Below, in pieces: positions 7,793-17,378 of a DNA stretch of 64,000 nucleotides. The stretch spans positions 2 to 64,001 of the forward strand of contig JAEUQC010000023.1 of NCBI GenBank assembly GCA_016789905.1. The letters are read 5' to 3'. The notes below the pieces were generated by a model that was given only the letters and a program-made list of their open reading frames with translations, had not been told where the DNA came from and made no database searches. Source of the stretch: Bryobacterales bacterium. GTDB taxonomy: Bacteria > Acidobacteriota > Terriglobia > Bryobacterales > Bryobacteraceae. Position 1 is the stretch's first letter. Each line of letters opens with the position of its first letter. The translations under genes and the position numbers were made by a program.

Positions 7793-10700
7793 TTGCTCCT
7801 ACGTTCTTTTTCGGTAAGAGCGGCTGCCGCTCTCCTACTCATCGCGGGCTATACCCGTCCCGCGCTCTTCGCCCAGACCACCGCGACCGAAATCCTAGGT
7901 ATAGTGAAGGATTCTTCAGGTGCCGTCGTCGCGGGCGCGCAAGTCACCATCACCCGCGTCGCAACAGGAATCCGTCTTTCCAAGCAAACGGACCAAAATG
8001 GCGAATACGCCTTCCCGCTTTTGGAAATCGGACAGTATACAGTCCATGCCGAAAAGACAGGCTTCCGCGCCCAAACAGTGACGGAGCTCCGTCTGGAAAC
8101 GCAGCAAAAGGCGCGTGTCGATTTCACCCTCACCGTTGGCAACGTCACCGAGTCCGTGGAAGTGGTCGCCTCCGGCGCCGTTCTGGAAACCGAAAACTCC
8201 ACCGTGGGCCAGGTAATCGAAAACAAACGCATCGCTGACCTGCCGCTGAATGGCCGCAATCTTATCCACCTCGCCGCCATGGTCCCAGGCGTCCAATACG
8301 GCAGCCGCAGCGGCCGGGCCGACGGACAGGGCGGCTTCCCAATTCCCGGAGGCGGCATGTCGGTCATCGCTAACGGGCAACGGGAGGTGCATCAGAGCAT
8401 CACGCTCGATGGCGTCGAATCAATTGCTCCGCTCTACAACATCTCCAGCTTCACCCCCTCCATCGACGCTGTCGAAGAGTTCAAGGTGCAAACCGGCTCA
8501 TACTCCGCTGAATTCGGCCAGAGTTCCGGCGGCCGTGTCGAAATCTCGCTCAAGTCCGGAACCAATTCTCTGCACGCCACGGTCTGGGAGTTTCTCCGCA
8601 ACGACGCCTTCGACGCCGAAACCTACTTCCTCAACTTCCAACGCCCCGCCAGCGCCGGCCGATTGAAGAAAGATCGCCTCCGCCGCAACCAGTTCGGCGG
8701 CTTCTTTAGCGGTCCCGTCATTAAGAACAAGGCCTTTTGGTCTTTCAACTACGAGGAACGCCGCCAAACGCAAGAGAGTGTCGCCACCGCATGGTGGCCC
8801 AACCAGAACTTCCGGAAGGGCGACTTCTCCCTTCTTCTCAATCCCCCCACTAACCCCGCCACCAGCCGCCCAGTCCGCAACCCCATCGCCATCTACGACC
8901 CGCTCACCGGCATCCCTTTCTCCGGCAACATTCTCCCCGCCAGCCGCCAGCACCCAGGCGCGCTAAACGTCATCGATAAGTTTCTCCCGCTCCCCGATTT
9001 CCAACAACTCGATCCGCTCGATTTCACCGTCAGCCGCGCCGTCCCCAGCATCATCGGTGCCCGGCAGTATTTCGGCCGCCTGGACCACAACTTCTCCAGT
9101 AAGGACAAAGTCTTTGGCCGTTTTGCCCTCGACAAATCCGAATGGGAAGCCAACCAGATCAACCCGAATTTTCCGGAGGACCGATTCTCCGACGCATACA
9201 ACGTAGCGACGCAGTGGATTCACACCTTTAGTGCCAACATCCTTCATGAGCTCCGGTTCGGAATCAACAACTGGGGCGACAACTACGTCAACCCGCGCTC
9301 CAATTCCACTTTTGACCCAGACTCACTCGGCATTGGCAGATTCCGCGTCGCCGGCGACGGGAACCGCAAGTTCACCGCGGCCGAAACTGGCATTCCTGGT
9401 ATTGGATTCACCATCGGCGACCCGCAGGGCCGCACCGACGACACCTATAGCTACCAGATCGCGGACAACCTATCGGTGGTTCGCGGCAAACACTCTTTGA
9501 AGTTCGGCACCTTGATCGTGCATGCGGCGATGGACCGGCGCGCGGCGAATCTGACGCGAGGCTCGTTGAGCTTTTCTCCGAATGAGAGCGGGTTGGATTT
9601 TGCGTCGCTATTGCTTGGCTACCCCAATCGTAGCCTCACGGCCGAAGGGTATCCGTCGGTCAACATGCGGTCCCGCCGCGTTGGCGCTTACGTCACCGAC
9701 GAATGGCGGGTGAGAAGCAATCTGACCATCACCGCGGGTCTGCGTTTTGACTACATGGGAAACCCTTATGACAAATTGGGCCACGTACGAACCGTTAGCC
9801 TCGAGCGGCCGTATACAACCCCAAGCGGTGCGCAGATCCCAACGCTCTTCCCCAAGGTCGAGTCGGAGGAAGGAAAGCAGAAGCTATGGAAACAGGTCGA
9901 TCCCTTCTGGCAGCCACGTTTGGGAATTGCATACCGCCCAACCAATAAATGGGTAATCCGCACCGGAGCCGGCCAGTACACCAGCCCCCAGCATTTCGTG
10001 CAAATCAGCACGGCCAATCTCATGCCCCCGCTGTCTGGCTTCCAGCAATACGATTCCATCACCGACGCGGTTCCGGGTTCATCCACCCGGATGTTCCGGC
10101 CAGGGCTGCCCATTCTAACCCTCAATGACCCCTTCATCGGCGCCCAGGCAAGACCGCCCGTCAGCGTTTGGCGCCTCGAACCAGATCGCCGCGAACGCGA
10201 TGTCTGGCAGTGGAGCTTTGACATACAACGGGAACTCCCCGGCTCCATGGCCATGACCATTGGCTACGTGGGCAGCAAGACGAGCCACTCAGCGAACTCC
10301 TACGAGAACTTCAACGGCGCCCTGCCGTCACGTGATACAAACTTCCAGGCGCGGCGCCCGATCCAACAGTTCTTTGATCCATCCGAGCCCGAAAAGGGTA
10401 TTCAAACGCTCGGCCGGATCTTCGCGTTCGACTCCTACTCCAACCAGCACTACCATGGCCTGCAGACCAAGTTGGAACGGCGTTATTCACAGGGTCTGAG
10501 CTTCGGCATCTCCTACACCTATGGCAAGGCGAACGGCGATGGCGAGGACGGCGGCAACGAAGGCGCCGGCCGGCAGGTTTATAACGATCGGGCCGGATCA
10601 CGAGCCCGGACCTCGTTTGATCTCACCCACAATGCGGTGATTCATTTCGTCTACGAGATCCCCTTCGGCAAGAATTTGAAAGGGGTTGCCGGTGCGGTTC

Positions 10701-11197
10701 TGAAAGGCTGGCAAACTAATGGAATTCTTTCGCTACGCAGCGGCTTCCCCTGGACGCCTACGGTGGGCGCCAATGATCTCAACACCGGCGGCGATGGCAC
10801 GCCCATCCGTCCAGACCGTTTGCGCGACGGCCGTCTGAGTGACGCCACGCGCGCGCTCTGGTACGATCCCTCCGCCTTCCAGCGCGTCAACTGCAACATC
10901 GCCAGCCGGCCTGACCTGTGCCACTACGGAAACTCCGGACGCAACATCATGACCACACCAGGACAGCGCAACATCGACTTCTCCCTGTTCAAGAACTTCG
11001 CCGTTACCGAACGTATCAAAGTGCAGTTCCGCGGCGAGGCCTTCAATACCTTCAACACACCGTATTTTGGCCAACCGAATAATCTGGGCTTCGTCTCGCT
11101 GAATTCCATTACGCCCGACGCGCCCCGGGTCGGCGAAATCCGTTCGCTCAGCGCCGCCATGCGCGTCATGCAGTTCGGTATTAAACTCAGCTTCTGA
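7793..11197 (+). CDS. TonB-dependent receptor with carboxypeptidase-regulatory-like N-terminal domain
   Basis: The track ORF starts at GTG 7748. I prefer in-frame TTG 7793, which is preceded by GGAGG (7783-7787) and gives the signal peptide LLLRSFSVRAAAALLLIAGYTRPALFA. GIVKDSSGAVVAGAQVTITRVATG is CarboxypepD_reg-like. A plug region follows (RIADLPLNGRN), and the C-terminus ends ...MQFGIKLSF with a terminal Phe. Confidence 0.9.
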   Translation: MLLRSFSVRAAAALLLIAGYTRPALFAQTTATEILGIVKDSSGAVVAGAQVTITRVATGIRLSKQTDQNGEYAFPLLEIGQYTVHAEKTGFRAQTVTELRLETQQKARVDFTLTVGNVTESVEVVASGAVLETENSTVGQVIENKRIADLPLNGRNLIHLAAMVPGVQYGSRSGRADGQGGFPIPGGGMSVIANGQREVHQSITLDGVESIAPLYNISSFTPSIDAVEEFKVQTGSYSAEFGQSSGGRVEISLKSGTNSLHATVWEFLRNDAFDAETYFLNFQRPASAGRLKKDRLRRNQFGGFFSGPVIKNKAFWSFNYEERRQTQESVATAWWPNQNFRKGDFSLLLNPPTNPATSRPVRNPIAIYDPLTGIPFSGNILPASRQHPGALNVIDKFLPLPDFQQLDPLDFTVSRAVPSIIGARQYFGRLDHNFSSKDKVFGRFALDKSEWEANQINPNFPEDRFSDAYNVATQWIHTFSANILHELRFGINNWGDNYVNPRSNSTFDPDSLGIGRFRVAGDGNRKFTAAETGIPGIGFTIGDPQGRTDDTYSYQIADNLSVVRGKHSLKFGTLIVHAAMDRRAANLTRGSLSFSPNESGLDFASLLLGYPNRSLTAEGYPSVNMRSRRVGAYVTDEWRVRSNLTITAGLRFDYMGNPYDKLGHVRTVSLERPYTTPSGAQIPTLFPKVESEEGKQKLWKQVDPFWQPRLGIAYRPTNKWVIRTGAGQYTSPQHFVQISTANLMPPLSGFQQYDSITDAVPGSSTRMFRPGLPILTLNDPFIGAQARPPVSVWRLEPDRRERDVWQWSFDIQRELPGSMAMTIGYVGSKTSHSANSYENFNGALPSRDTNFQARRPIQQFFDPSEPEKGIQTLGRIFAFDSYSNQHYHGLQTKLERRYSQGLSFGISYTYGKANGDGEDGGNEGAGRQVYNDRAGSRARTSFDLTHNAVIHFVYEIPFGKNLKGVAGAVLKGWQTNGILSLRSGFPWTPTVGANDLNTGGDGTPIRPDRLRDGRLSDATRALWYDPSAFQRVNCNIASRPDLCHYGNSGRNIMTTPGQRNIDFSLFKNFAVTERIKVQFRGEAFNTFNTPYFGQPNNLGFVSLNSITPDAPRVGEIRSLSAAMRVMQFGIKLSF

Positions 11198-11204
11198 TAC
11201 CGCA

Positions 11205-12665
11205 ATGAGTGAACCGATTGATCGACGACACCTTGCCAAGGCCCTGCTCCTCGGGGCCACGGCCGCCCAGGCGCAGCCGCCGTCGCGTCTAGTCCCTTGG
11301 ATGTACATGATCTACCCGCTGGAGCAGTGGCTCTCCGACTACCGGCAGATCCTCGACGCTTGGGACCAGGGCGGCGTCCGCGGTATCGTCATCGGCCCGC
11401 TCCGCTTCTGGGACGGTGAACCGAAGTTCGATTTCACATACCGCCGCTCCGGCGCCGTCATCCAGACCTTCGCGCCGGACCCGTCCATCTATCGCCGCCA
11501 CGGCGTCGATCCGCCCGAGAACGTCCGGCTCGATGCCGGCAAGGAAAAGCAACTCCAAGGCCTGCTCAGTGACGTCAAGCGCCGCGGCTGGCAGTTGATG
11601 CTCTTCGGCCCCGGTCACTACGGCCGCCGCAAGTCAGCCGAGCAGGATCCCTTCGGTGCGCTTTCCCTCGCCGCCGGCGTCGAAGACACCCTGCGCGCCT
11701 TCCCGCAGGCCGATGGCATCATCATCGATGGAGCCGGCGAACACCACTACGAACTCGCCTTCCACCACGGCGGCGACCTGTTTGAAATCCGCGATCACCA
11801 CCGCGCCATTTACTCCCATCTGGGCTTCGATATTGCGCGTATGGAACGCGGCATGAGTCACCTCAAGGCCCGCTTTCACTCGCTCACGCCCTCGCTCGTG
11901 CGCTTCCATCAGAACGGCGGTATGCTCGGCGGCCTGTCGCTGTTTGACCTCAATGAAGACGCTCTCTACTGGCTGCGCATGCGGCAGCAGGCGACGTTGA
12001 GCAACATGGGCGCCATCCGCCAACAGTGGGACGCGCTGCCCCGCAAGGCGAAACTCGGCACCATTCCCCGCTCCGCCGCCTTCTCCGTCCTCACCACGCA
12101 GGACTACCAGAAGACACACAAATTTTTCGACGTCATCTTCCCCAAACACTACTACTGGCATCGCGGGTTCGACGGCATGTACGGCACCATCGCCCGCTGG
12201 GTGGCCACGCTCGGCGAATGGAATCCCTCGCTCACCGAAGAGGACTGCTTCGGCGTCGTCAAGGTGCTCTTCGGCCTCCAAATGCCTGGCGTCCGTAAAC
12301 TCGCCGACATGGAGAACGGCTTCCCCGACGAGTTCTTCGATCAAGTCGTCTTCGGCGAAACCAAGCGCGCGCTCGAAGCCACCGGCGATCCCAACAAGGT
12401 CATCGCCTGGGTCTCCACCGGCCGCAATCCTCACGCTGGCGACCCCATGCCAGCCCACGATCTTCGGCGCCTCCTCATCGCCTCCCACCGTGCCGGGTTG
12501 AAGCGATTCATCTTCCATCCCGACGTAAATCTCGGCGCGGCCGAATGGAAAGTCATCTCCGCTCTCTGCGGCAAGGAGTGGAAGGAAGACCCCAACGGCT
12601 ACTGGCCACCGGATACGCCCAAACCAGACACCTGGAACGGCGGCCGCAAACCACCCGCCCGCTGA
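11205..12665 (+). CDS. Tat-signal hypothetical protein (possibly a TIM-barrel hydrolase-like fold)
   Basis: 486 aa. The N-terminus MSEPIDRRHLAKALLLGATAAQAQ is twin-arginine-like. It starts 7 nt after the TBDR stop. No family was recognised. Confidence 0.7.
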   Translation: MSEPIDRRHLAKALLLGATAAQAQPPSRLVPWMYMIYPLEQWLSDYRQILDAWDQGGVRGIVIGPLRFWDGEPKFDFTYRRSGAVIQTFAPDPSIYRRHGVDPPENVRLDAGKEKQLQGLLSDVKRRGWQLMLFGPGHYGRRKSAEQDPFGALSLAAGVEDTLRAFPQADGIIIDGAGEHHYELAFHHGGDLFEIRDHHRAIYSHLGFDIARMERGMSHLKARFHSLTPSLVRFHQNGGMLGGLSLFDLNEDALYWLRMRQQATLSNMGAIRQQWDALPRKAKLGTIPRSAAFSVLTTQDYQKTHKFFDVIFPKHYYWHRGFDGMYGTIARWVATLGEWNPSLTEEDCFGVVKVLFGLQMPGVRKLADMENGFPDEFFDQVVFGETKRALEATGDPNKVIAWVSTGRNPHAGDPMPAHDLRRLLIASHRAGLKRFIFHPDVNLGAAEWKVISALCGKEWKEDPNGYWPPDTPKPDTWNGGRKPPAR

Positions 12666-12672
12666 GCGAGCA

Positions 12673-13572
12673 TTACTTCTTCGGCGCCAGCATCTCCCAT
12701 TCTGCGTACGCAGAAATGACTGGATTCCGGCTTGCACGCATCTCCTGCAGCGCTACCTCCCTGCTCACGGATTTATTGAAACTATGGCTTGATGGAAGCA
12801 TCCAACGCAACGCGCCGAACCACGCATTCTGCGCCTCGCCTGGCTGGAAGCCCTGCTCCAGATGCGTCAGCCAGCGCCGCACCGCCAAAGCTTGCGCCGC
12901 CGGTTCCGGCACTAGTTCCGCCGCCAGCGCCAAGGTATGCGACCGCATCCAGAAAGCGTCCACCGCCCCCGCCTCATCGATCTCCTGCCAGCCTTCGATC
13001 CGCTTCTGCAATTCCTGGTAGCGCGCCGACCATTCCAGGCTCTTCCGCTCCTCCGCCGTCCAAAACCGTTTGTCTCCCGGCAGGTCCCGGTTTCCGTGGT
13101 TCAGCCAGCGCAGGTCTTCCAGCACCGCCTTGGCTCGTGCCGACCTCCAGAAGTCCACATCATTCCACGCCCCCGCGTCCCGCTCTGCTTTCATCCGCTC
13201 CACCGGAATGAGTGGCACCGCGTTTCCGCCGGCGTTGATCTCCGTGGCCAGCCTGTTGAACTCAACTCCAATCTCCGTAGGCTCGCGAAGGCTCTGCGTA
13301 CACCGCGGCCCGCTCAAATGCGTTGCAATGTAGGCGCCCAAACCCTGCAACAGCGCGGTTGCATTCCCTCCGGTCCGTCGCGCGATATTCAGCAGACTCC
13401 GATCATGCCGCGCAAACTCCCGGTCCGACGGCGCCACATGTCCGAGTGCCGCGCCAAACGCGTCCACCAACTCCTGGCGTTCCCTCGGGGCCTTCACCGC
13501 GTTCAGCAACGCCTGCCCCAGCGGCTCCACCTGCATCGGTGATTGCAACGCTGCAATCGCCGCTGCCAACAT
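12673..13572 (-). CDS. Hypothetical helical protein (possibly the distal part of a gene interrupted by an in-frame TAG)
   Basis: 299-aa ORF in the same frame as 13621..14070, separated from it by a single TAG plus 16 sense codons. A GGAGGA lies 10 nt upstream of its ATG. Confidence 0.6.
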   Translation of the reverse strand: MLAAAIAALQSPMQVEPLGQALLNAVKAPRERQELVDAFGAALGHVAPSDREFARHDRSLLNIARRTGGNATALLQGLGAYIATHLSGPRCTQSLREPTEIGVEFNRLATEINAGGNAVPLIPVERMKAERDAGAWNDVDFWRSARAKAVLEDLRWLNHGNRDLPGDKRFWTAEERKSLEWSARYQELQKRIEGWQEIDEAGAVDAFWMRSHTLALAAELVPEPAAQALAVRRWLTHLEQGFQPGEAQNAWFGALRWMLPSSHSFNKSVSREVALQEMRASRNPVISAYAEWEMLAPKK

Positions 13573-13620
13573 GTACCGCGGCTCCTCCCGCTCCCGCTGT
13601 TTTGCGGAAAACCCCTTTTC

Positions 13621-14070
13621 CTAGACCAGCACCATCGTCTGGTAGTAATCCTCGAACTGCGGCACATGATTGGCTTGGCATGTCAACACCGGTCGCGGCG
13701 GAATCGGCGTTTCGCGAAACATCACCGCCGCCGACTCCGGATCCGCAGGCAACACCGCGCGCACTGCCCGCATTCGGAGCGAAAACACGTCCAACCCATG
13801 CCGCGAGGCCGTCACATAAGCACGTGTGTCCGTATGCCGCCCACCCGTCGTCGGATATGCATCCGGGGCCCGCGAAGCCAAACGGAATGCTTCGGCGATC
13901 AGTTCTCCGCTCTTGGCTTTATCGATTGTCGCCAGCCGCAGCAGCAAATCCGCACCATGCTCCGGCGGCAGTCCTCGCGCCCGGTTCGCAAACGCCTCCC
14001 ACTCCTTCGGGCGTTCCTGTGCTCCGGCCATCAACACTGCAAACATCGCCCCTGCAAACAGTCTCGTCAT
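13621..14070 (-). CDS. Hypothetical secreted protein (signal peptide MTRLFAGAMFAVLMAGAQE)
   Basis: 149-aa ORF with an N-terminal signal peptide. It ends at TAG 13621-13623, in frame with the next ORF. Confidence 0.55.
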   Translation of the reverse strand: MTRLFAGAMFAVLMAGAQERPKEWEAFANRARGLPPEHGADLLLRLATIDKAKSGELIAEAFRLASRAPDAYPTTGGRHTDTRAYVTASRHGLDVFSLRMRAVRAVLPADPESAAVMFRETPIPPRPVLTCQANHVPQFEDYYQTMVLV

Positions 14071-14325
14071 CGCAGTCCTCCTACAGGCATGCTCAACAGG
14101 AAAAGCGACGCGTGAGCGATGGCAAACATACCAAAGGCGCTCCGCGAACGCCGTGCTCTAGCCGAGAAGACGTGCCGGCAACTCCTTCCGCTCCAGAGAC
14201 GGCTCCCGCAAACTTTTCATCGCTTCGCCTCCCCAGAATCTCCTCACAGATGTTCCCATACAACCTCGCCAATTCCCGATCCACTGCCACCGAATCACGA
14301 ATCTGGAGCACTCAAAACAACACAA

Positions 14326-15564
14326 CTACTCCACGATCGCCTGAAATACCGCGCTCTCAAAATCCCGGTCTAACTGCCGCACCGAATTGTCCGTCTGAAT
14401 CATCATCACGCCCACAATCTTCTCCACCGGATCAATCCAGAAATGCGTCCCGAACGCGCCGTCCCACCCATAGCTCCCCTTGGAAACCCGCTGCCCGGCC
14501 GCCACCGGATCGCTGATCACCTGCACACTCAAACCGAAGGCCCGCCCCGCCGCGCGCCCCGGCATCGTGTCCGGCACAAAGACCGACGCCATCAATTCCA
14601 CCGATTTCGGGCTCAACAACCGCTGCCCGTTCCCCTGCCCGCCATTCAGCAGCATCTGCGCGAACAACGCATAGTCCGAAGCCGTCGAATACAGCCCGCC
14701 CGCTCCGGCCGCGTACTCACTGCCATAAAGGTTCAGCATCCGGGCCTTCGCGTCCACCCGCGTCATCTTCCCGCTGTCCCGATGATACGTCGTCACCAGT
14801 CGTCGAAGTTGCTCCGCTGTGGGATGAAAACTGGTCTCTTTCATCCCCAGCGGCTCAAACAGCCGTTGCCGCAAAAAATCCTCAAATCGCGCACCGGAAG
14901 CAACTTCCACCACTCGGCCCAAGGTGTCGAACGCCGCCCCCGCGCTATACGCCCAACGCGAACCCGGCTGAAACTCAAGCGGCGTTTTCCCCAGCTTCGG
15001 AATCGAATCGCTCAGCTTCCCGCCATAGGCATTCGGAATCTTTCCCGCCTCCGCATTACTTACCGGCCCGCTTGCCAATCCCGACACATGCGTCAGCAAA
15101 TCCTGAATCGTAATCTCCCGCGTCGCAGGAACTGCATAGAAAGGTGCGCTCCCGGCACGCTCCTGCGCCACACCCACCTGCATCCCCTTGAACTCCGGAA
15201 TGAATCGGGAAACCGGATCATTCAGCCGGACTTTCCCCTCCTCCATCAGCATCAATATCGCCACGCCCGTCACCGGCTTCGACATCGACCAGATCCGGAA
15301 AATGGCGTTCTTTTCCATCGCCCGTTTCTCTTCCGCGTCCATCAGCCCGTGCGCCGCCAGATGCGCCACTTGCCCCCTCCGCGCCACCAGCGTCACCGCC
15401 CCGCTAATGTTGTGCTCGGCAATGTGCCGTGCCATCGTCTCCTGAATCCGCTGTAGCCGCACCCCGGAAAGCCCTACCTGCTCCGGCTTCCCCTCCGGCA
15501 GCGCCGCCCCCGGCAGGGCCCACGCGCCCAACACCAACAAACCAGCCAATACTCGCAACCGCAT
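14326..15564 (-). CDS. Serine hydrolase, beta-lactamase/penicillin-binding family
   Basis: The SxxK motif is in FRIWSMSKPVTGVAILML. The track start is 15588. ATG 15564 gives a cleaner signal peptide (MRLRVLAGLLVLGAWALPGAA). Confidence 0.85.
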   Translation of the reverse strand: MRLRVLAGLLVLGAWALPGAALPEGKPEQVGLSGVRLQRIQETMARHIAEHNISGAVTLVARRGQVAHLAAHGLMDAEEKRAMEKNAIFRIWSMSKPVTGVAILMLMEEGKVRLNDPVSRFIPEFKGMQVGVAQERAGSAPFYAVPATREITIQDLLTHVSGLASGPVSNAEAGKIPNAYGGKLSDSIPKLGKTPLEFQPGSRWAYSAGAAFDTLGRVVEVASGARFEDFLRQRLFEPLGMKETSFHPTAEQLRRLVTTYHRDSGKMTRVDAKARMLNLYGSEYAAGAGGLYSTASDYALFAQMLLNGGQGNGQRLLSPKSVELMASVFVPDTMPGRAAGRAFGLSVQVISDPVAAGQRVSKGSYGWDGAFGTHFWIDPVEKIVGVMMIQTDNSVRQLDRDFESAVFQAIVE

Positions 15565-15620
15565 CCCACGCTCCTCAATAAAATCCATCGCTAACCTGAC
15601 GGATTCTATCGCACTCTTCC

Positions 15621-16538
15621 CTACCGCCCGCGCGTGGAGATCAATACGTCAACCGGGAAAAGCCCCGATGAAACCGCCCCTTCCAACTTACCTGTCGCCC
15701 GGTCAAGCACCTTCGTCTCATTCTCCAGCGGGTAGTTAAGATACAGCTTTCCGCCCCGCTCCGGCACACCTATGCCGCTGACATAGCCCTCCAGCGGATC
15801 GGTTTTCAGCAACGCCAGCGGCTCGGCCCGCAGCGTCACCAAGCCCGTATCGTCGATCGCATATACTCGCTCCCCGTCCGCGGCCATCGCGTCGCCAAAC
15901 GAACCGCGCACCACGCCCGCCACTTTGTTCTCCCGCGTGTCGATGGCCCAAATCGCCCCGGCCCCGCCGGATTGCGCCGCCACGAACACTCGCTCGCCAT
16001 TGGGCGAAATGGCAATCGTCATTCCCGCTTGGCCGATCGGAATCCGCTGCACCACCGTATTCGTTTGCGTGCTGATCACCGCCAGATTCGCTCCCTTTGC
16101 CGCCGTCACATATACCCGCGTTCCGTCCGGATGCATGGCAATCGCGTACGGCGCCTCCGCCACCGGAATCAGCGCCAACTCCGCGCCAGTCGCCACGTTG
16201 TACACGCCCACCCGGTTCTCATCGGCATGCGCAACATACGCCTTCCGCCCGTCCGGCGTCACGGCGGCCTCCTGCGGCATCGAATGAATCTGCAACTCAC
16301 CGGCCAACCGCACCGTCTGCCGGTTCCCTGTAAACACCCGCCGGCCGGCCACCATTGCCGTCAGCGATATCGGCGATTCCCCCACCGGAACCGTCATCAC
16401 CACCGTGTTCACACCCCGGCCGTCCACACCCCCGATTCGCGCCGCCGCGCCAATCGACGGAATCGGCTCCTCCGCCCAATGCGGCACCACACACACGCCA
16501 ACCAGGACCATCAGGCGGAAAAGGGGAGTCATAGTCAT
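15621..16538 (-). CDS. YVTN-family beta-propeller repeat protein, secreted
   Basis: Repeated units are PDGRKAYVAHADENRVGVYNV, HPDGTRVYVTAAKGANLAVI and SPNGERVFVAAQ. It has an N-terminal signal peptide. Confidence 0.8.
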   Translation of the reverse strand: MTMTPLFRLMVLVGVCVVPHWAEEPIPSIGAAARIGGVDGRGVNTVVMTVPVGESPISLTAMVAGRRVFTGNRQTVRLAGELQIHSMPQEAAVTPDGRKAYVAHADENRVGVYNVATGAELALIPVAEAPYAIAMHPDGTRVYVTAAKGANLAVISTQTNTVVQRIPIGQAGMTIAISPNGERVFVAAQSGGAGAIWAIDTRENKVAGVVRGSFGDAMAADGERVYAIDDTGLVTLRAEPLALLKTDPLEGYVSGIGVPERGGKLYLNYPLENETKVLDRATGKLEGAVSSGLFPVDVLISTRGR

Positions 16539-16573
16539 GGAATCTGGGTATCCAGCTATGCCATCGGCGGAAA

Positions 16574-17302
16574 CTATCTCCTACGTAATAGGGAAAAGTA
16601 CCTATTTTTGAAACGCCGCCCCCCGACCTCCACCGTTCCAGTCAGTCCCGCGTTCCCCCCATTCAGCAGCATGTTCACCGCCTCCCCACTGCCCAGCGCA
16701 CCCCGAATCCGGTAGTCCGTTCGCCAACCGAGCAGCCTTCCAAACCAACTCCGGTTTGGCTCCAACCGCGCCGTCCCGATCGAAACGTCCCCCAATGCCC
16801 CGTTCACCGCACCCATCGCGTCAATTCGTAACTTCACCTCCCCGTCCTCCCATTCCCCGGCCATTTCCGCCAACGGCCGCTCCCCGGTCGCCATCAGCGG
16901 CGGGTTCCCAAACATCTCATTCGCACAAAGCGCGACGAATCCGGCCAGCATTAAACAAACAACCAGCGGCGGCCGCCTTACCTTTACCCAACCCATCCAT
17001 CCACAGATCAAATGAACCAACCCCACAAAGGCCGGCGCCGCCACCGGCCAGTCCAGCGGCAACTTTCCGGAAAGCACCGCCAAAAACACCCAACCGGCCA
17101 CCGACATCCCCCCGCCCCAGTCCGCCCGGAACCACGCCACCGCCAGCCCTCCATAGAGCAGCAACATACCCACCCCATATAAGGACTCCCGCGCCGTAAG
17201 TTCTAATGGGTTGGGCGGCCCCTCCCCCACTATCATCGCGACGAAGAAAAGAAACAGCAGCCCGCCAGCAAGCCGGGCGAATGTAGGAAGAATGGTTTTC
17301 AT
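16574..17302 (-). CDS. Hypothetical integral membrane protein
   Basis: 242 aa with about 4-5 hydrophobic helices in the N-terminal 140 aa and a soluble C-terminal part. No family was recognised. Confidence 0.6.
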   Translation of the reverse strand: MKTILPTFARLAGGLLFLFFVAMIVGEGPPNPLELTARESLYGVGMLLLYGGLAVAWFRADWGGGMSVAGWVFLAVLSGKLPLDWPVAAPAFVGLVHLICGWMGWVKVRRPPLVVCLMLAGFVALCANEMFGNPPLMATGERPLAEMAGEWEDGEVKLRIDAMGAVNGALGDVSIGTARLEPNRSWFGRLLGWRTDYRIRGALGSGEAVNMLLNGGNAGLTGTVEVGGRRFKNRYFSLLRRR

Positions 17303-17378
17303 AGCGACCCCAGCGTAGGCTCACAACGCCCGGAAACGAGCTTCGGAATCCCTTCCAAATTCCTTCACATGAACAAAA

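Noticed and set aside
11634-12737. 367-aa minus-strand ORF, plus similar antisense ORFs at 36621..37541, 4081..5037, 5108..5980, 53709..54704 and 2481..3386
   Set aside because: All overlap better-supported genes on the opposite strand or in another frame, and all have low-complexity Gly/Ala/Arg/Pro composition.
14093-14311. 72-aa minus-strand ORF filling the gap between the serine hydrolase and the 149-aa secreted protein
   Set aside because: It has a GTG start without a correctly spaced SD. Only its first ~25 residues look protein-like and the rest is Gly/Ala/Ser/Arg filler. The evidence is insufficient.
13323-14516. 397-aa plus-strand Pro/Ala/Ser-rich ORF
   Set aside because: It is antisense to the two hypothetical minus-strand ORFs and to the end of the serine hydrolase gene. 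Its extreme Pro/Ala/Ser/Thr bias is typical of a spurious frame.
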